A stretch of DNA of 64,000 nucleotides from a virus: positions 64,001-128,000 of IMG/VR virus record IMGVR_UViG_3300043788_000023; one strand, written 5' to 3'. This document shows, piece after piece, positions 60,480 to 64,000 of the stretch (positions are counted from its first letter, which is position 1; each line of letters opens with the position of its first letter). A program made the translations under genes and the position numbers. The notes below the pieces were generated by a model. That model was given only the letters and a program-made list of their open reading frames with translations, was not told the origin of the DNA and ran no database searches.

Positions 60480-61544
60480 TTAGTACCTCTTTACAGAGAA
60501 CCACGCTTCTGCGTGTTTGCGGGCGACGATGGTCTTCCAAAAACTGGTGAAGAGTACACCACAGTCCACAAAACGCATTACCACATACGCAGGGGACGCA
60601 AGTATCACATCCATCCTACGCTCGCTGATGCCGCAAAACACGGCAAGCGCGAATGTAATGAGGAAGTCGCAGCCTGTGAGCCACAGCATCCTCATCGGAT
60701 ATTTGAGCAGGAAGTACGGGAATAAACAGAGCATTACCCCGAAGAACATGCCCTCGCCCATGAGCAGCTTCCACTCAAGGTCAAGTCTTTTCCAGCCAGT
60801 AAAAATGTTGTACTTCAGACCAATCTGCCAAGTGCCAGTATACCACCGATTCATCTGTTTTACATAGTCCGTCAGCGTGCGTGGGTCCTGCGTGTAGACC
60901 TCGGCCTTCGGTCGGTACACGATCTTGCCCATATTTTGGCGGTGGACTTGGAGGGTCACGTCCATGTCTTCGACCAGCGTGTCACGGTTCCAGTCCAGCT
61001 TGGCGAACACGTCGGAGCGATAGCTGGCGGCGCATCCTGGTGCTACGTTGATCACGCCCATGTTGCTCTGCGCCTCGCGGTAGATGAAGTGCGTCACGAA
61101 GTAGCCGAAGCAGCGGTAGGCCGTGAGCCAGTTGTACGGCACACTCTTCGCCCTGCCGCACACGAGGGCGACATCCTTCCGTCCGTAGAAGCCTTTGCGG
61201 ACCTCCCGGTAGTATTCCTCGTTGACCATCGTGTCGGCGTCCATCAGCGTGATGATGTCGTAGCGCTTGATTAGGTCAAAGTGGCTACAGGCACGGGCGA
61301 TGGCGTTTGCCTTGCCGACGTTCTTCTCGTTGCGGAGCACGTTCACGCCGAACGACGCTGCGATCTCCCCGGTGCCGTCCGTGGAGCCGTCGTCAATCAC
61401 GTACACGTCAGACGACAGCATCCGGGCGTTCAAGATGCTCTTCACTGTGCGGGCGATCACCCTTGCCTCATTCATGGCGGGAACAATGACACAAAGCCTC
61501 AAGTCGGGACTCCTCAGTTCTGTTCTCAGGTCTTCGCTAATCAC
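60480..61544 (-). CDS. processive GT2 glycosyltransferase (PgaC/IcaA/cellulose-synthase-like)
   Basis: VPA.NE, DDGSTD, GKA.A, DAD, EDMD, QMNRW and C-terminal TM helices. Confidence 0.9.
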   Translation of the reverse strand: MISEDLRTELRSPDLRLCVIVPAMNEARVIARTVKSILNARMLSSDVYVIDDGSTDGTGEIAASFGVNVLRNEKNVGKANAIARACSHFDLIKRYDIITLMDADTMVNEEYYREVRKGFYGRKDVALVCGRAKSVPYNWLTAYRCFGYFVTHFIYREAQSNMGVINVAPGCAASYRSDVFAKLDWNRDTLVEDMDVTLQVHRQNMGKIVYRPKAEVYTQDPRTLTDYVKQMNRWYTGTWQIGLKYNIFTGWKRLDLEWKLLMGEGMFFGVMLCLFPYFLLKYPMRMLWLTGCDFLITFALAVFCGISERRMDVILASPAYVVMRFVDCGVLFTSFWKTIVARKHAEAWFSVKRY

Positions 61545-62500
61545 CGAGCCACGACCGTCAACGCTCTGGCATCAAACGCGACGTTGTACACACCATCTTC
61601 GGATTCAAGCTTGACTCCCTGCTGGAAAAGGTTGACGTTATCCGGTGCAGTGATGCGCAGCGTTACGCCGTCAGGAAACGCTGGTGGTACTTCCCATGAG
61701 TAAGTCACGCCGTGCGTGTCCGTCCCCTGCTTCGCATGTTCAAATGCTTCCTGCGCCCGGAGGTAAGCTGCAACGGTTCCGAACGGTGCGATCCACAGCC
61801 CTTTATCTTCCTGCGTCTTCATGTAGTCAAGCATCCCGGTGAATGTCTCAACCGGAATAGGTTCCCAACCGCTTTTCTCATCACCGATTCCGTGAATCTG
61901 GAGCACAGTCCAAGCGTTCTTGGACATGTCGGTATCCACCCAGCTTTTGTACGTGTCAAGCGTAGTCGCTGTCATGGTGACCTGCGACGGGATGTTGTAG
62001 AAGTCTGTGTTGTCTGCGGGCACGACGTAGAAGTTGTCAGACCATCCGGCACGAGCGGCGAAGTGGAATGACTTCACCCAGCCGTCCAGCCCCGGTGACG
62101 TCTCGCCGTATGGGTAAGCGAAAGTGTAAGTGCGCAGACCCATGTTGTCCATCAGGAAATGCACCGAGTCCTCAATCTGCTCCTCTGTGTTCTCGGCATC
62201 AAGCAGATTCGGGTGCTCGTGAGTCATGGTGTGGCTGCCGATTTCCTCTCCGTTCGTCGCAGCTTTTTCCCAATCCTTGAAGCGGGACAGTTTGGAGATC
62301 AGGAGGTAGAAGGTGCCACGCATGTCACGCTTTTCAAGCTCCGGCACGGCGATGTCAAGCTGGCACGGGCGGGCGTCGTCAAACGTGAGCGACACGGCGG
62401 CCGTGTGATTGTCCCACGGAAGGACTTTCAGCGTCGGCGCAGTTTGAGCTTGTGCCGAGACACACATCAGGGTCAGAAACAGCACTGCAAATAGTCTCAT
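61541..62500 (-). CDS. secreted polysaccharide deacetylase (CE4/NodB-like)
   Basis: Signal peptide from MRLFAV; TFDDA, SHTMTH, FAYPYG, LQIHG. Confidence 0.88.
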   Translation of the reverse strand: MRLFAVLFLTLMCVSAQAQTAPTLKVLPWDNHTAAVSLTFDDARPCQLDIAVPELEKRDMRGTFYLLISKLSRFKDWEKAATNGEEIGSHTMTHEHPNLLDAENTEEQIEDSVHFLMDNMGLRTYTFAYPYGETSPGLDGWVKSFHFAARAGWSDNFYVVPADNTDFYNIPSQVTMTATTLDTYKSWVDTDMSKNAWTVLQIHGIGDEKSGWEPIPVETFTGMLDYMKTQEDKGLWIAPFGTVAAYLRAQEAFEHAKQGTDTHGVTYSWEVPPAFPDGVTLRITAPDNVNLFQQGVKLESEDGVYNVAFDARALTVVAR

Positions 62501-62544
62501 ACCAATAGTATACAGCCGAGTGTGCAAGTTTGGCTGGGTCATCG

Positions 62545-64000
62545 TCAGTTCTCCACCTGTAAGATGCTCGCCACGGACGGGATGCCGGACGAGTTCACAA
62601 GAAAAAGCATGTAGTAGCCCGGAGGGGCTACGGAACCGTTGGGCGGCACGGTCGCGGTCAGCGAACCGGAGCCGGATGTGAAAGTCACGCCGACGTAGCG
62701 CTGATCGGTGTCAAACGAGTGCGTGTCAGCGCCAAGCTTCATCAGTACGACCGTCTTGATGTTGGTGTTCGGCGTTGCGATCTGAAAACTCTGACCGTAG
62801 TGCAACACGGTCGGTGCGGTCGTGATAGTCGGGCGGGACGCCGGGGAACCATCCGGGTTCCAGAAGTACGGCGGTTGATACACTTCAATGTGATTGTCAA
62901 ATTGTCCCTGCGCTGGATTGCTGCCCATGGAAACCACGGAACCGTCCGGCAGAAGCAGCGCCGTGTTGTGGTAGAGCCGGGCGTAAGCCTGCGTCCCTGC
63001 GGGGCTGAACGAATCCGTCGCCGGGTCATAGATTTCCGCATCCAGCGATGCAGTCGCCGGGTCTTCGTCGTTCGCAGAACCAGCCATCGTCAGCACTTTT
63101 CCGTTCGGTAGAAGGACAGCTTGCATTTCAATGCGTCCCAGCTTCATGTTGCTTTTGCTGTAGACCCAAGCCGGATTCGGCTGGCTGAGGTCAATGGTTT
63201 CCACGGTGTTCGTCGCCGGGTCGTTCCCGCCGAACGTGACGACCGTTGGCTTGTACGTGGGCGGCACGAGCGGAAGCAGAACAGCGGAGCCGTAGGTGCG
63301 GATGCCCGTGTAGTTCGTCTTGGCAACTTCGTTCCAGACCGTGGGGTTCGCTGGGTCAAACATGTAGGATTGCACATCAGGTCCAGCGTAGAAGACCTTA
63401 CCGTTCGGCAGCAGGAACATGCGTGGATAAAGCTGCGGATAGAAGCCGTTGTCAACTGTTCCGTTCAGCGCAGGGTTCGTGGCGAAGTACGGGTCGTTGA
63501 AGTCCCAGCCGTTCGCCGCGCTGTAGAATTCCACGGTGTTGTTGTCCAGTGCGTTCTGATCTTGTCCGCCGAATACCATCATGCGTCCGTCGCCTAGTTC
63601 AACCACGGTCGGGTACCAGCGCCCATCCACCATCGGAAGGTCGGTGTCCGTAAAAGTCGTTGTGTTCGGGTCATAGATCGTTGCGTTTGAGGAACCAAGA
63701 AACTGGTCATCCGCAACGGTGGAGGCGTTTCTTGCCACCTTGTGCCCCGGCATCCGTTCGGAAGTATTTGTCGCTGCGCCCGGTGCGCGTTCAGGTTGAC
63801 TGTGCCCCATCGCCCGCATCATTGCGGCGACTGTGCCGCCAGCGTAACTCTGCGTGCCTCCTGCGACGAACAGCCGCCCGTCAGGCAGGTGGGCAGCGCC
63901 ATTGCAGAAGATGTCCCAGCTAGTGGTGGGAATGGTCGTGATGGTCTGCTTGATTGGATCAAGAACCGCCGCCGTGTACTGTGCGGGTGTGGTCGGGCAT
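62545..64000 (-). CDS. galactose/glyoxal oxidase-like copper radical oxidase (AA5, kelch + C-terminal Ig-like domain), 5' end beyond window
   Basis: Frame open to window edge; DIFCNG (cofactor Cys), RWYP (Tyr), RLYHN (Tyr-His), THS (His), PPGYYMLF. Confidence 0.9.
   Translation of the reverse strand, partial: CPTTPAQYTAAVLDPIKQTITTIPTTSWDIFCNGAAHLPDGRLFVAGGTQSYAGGTVAAMMRAMGHSQPERAPGAATNTSERMPGHKVARNASTVADDQFLGSSNATIYDPNTTTFTDTDLPMVDGRWYPTVVELGDGRMMVFGGQDQNALDNNTVEFYSAANGWDFNDPYFATNPALNGTVDNGFYPQLYPRMFLLPNGKVFYAGPDVQSYMFDPANPTVWNEVAKTNYTGIRTYGSAVLLPLVPPTYKPTVVTFGGNDPATNTVETIDLSQPNPAWVYSKSNMKLGRIEMQAVLLPNGKVLTMAGSANDEDPATASLDAEIYDPATDSFSPAGTQAYARLYHNTALLLPDGSVVSMGSNPAQGQFDNHIEVYQPPYFWNPDGSPASRPTITTAPTVLHYGQSFQIATPNTNIKTVVLMKLGADTHSFDTDQRYVGVTFTSGSGSLTATVPPNGSVAPPGYYMLFLVNSSGIPSVASILQVEN

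Noticed and set aside
1-64000. Stop-codon reassignment, tRNAs, introns/inteins
   Set aside because: Genes are intact in the standard code with all three stops used; no cloverleaf or intein/intron signatures recognised by eye (tRNAscan/Infernal would be decisive)

Overview
A 64-kb, GC-rich segment of a large contractile-tailed (myovirus-type, probably jumbo) phage genome, almost all encoded on the minus strand. About 0.5-43.6 kb is the virion morphogenesis region: neck/adaptor genes, tail sheath and tube, a prohead protease-scaffold-decoration-major capsid block, tail/baseplate proteins, and several very large low-complexity head-associated proteins. These look like polyproteins cut at recurring K-x-A/G/S sites and carry cargo domains (sigma-like, tandem HiPIP-like, ART-like, zinc ribbons, HExxH). 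A small plus-strand island behind a sigma70-type promoter interrupts the region at 28.7-30.7 kb. About 43.6-56 kb holds auxiliary and counter-defence genes: P-loop kinase, adenylate kinase, an aGPT-Pplase1-type DNA hypermodification enzyme, a DUF1599/Nmad1-like protein, an AAA+ ATPase, the NAMPT + NMNAT-Nudix NAD salvage pair, UvrD and PP2C. About 56-64 kb is an envelope cluster that includes an apparently complete phage-borne surface-glycan system (copper radical oxidase, CE4 deacetylase, processive GT2, outer-membrane barrel), implying a diderm host, possibly Acidobacteriota. No tRNA, rRNA or CRISPR array was recognised. All family calls come from motif recognition by eye, not database searches.
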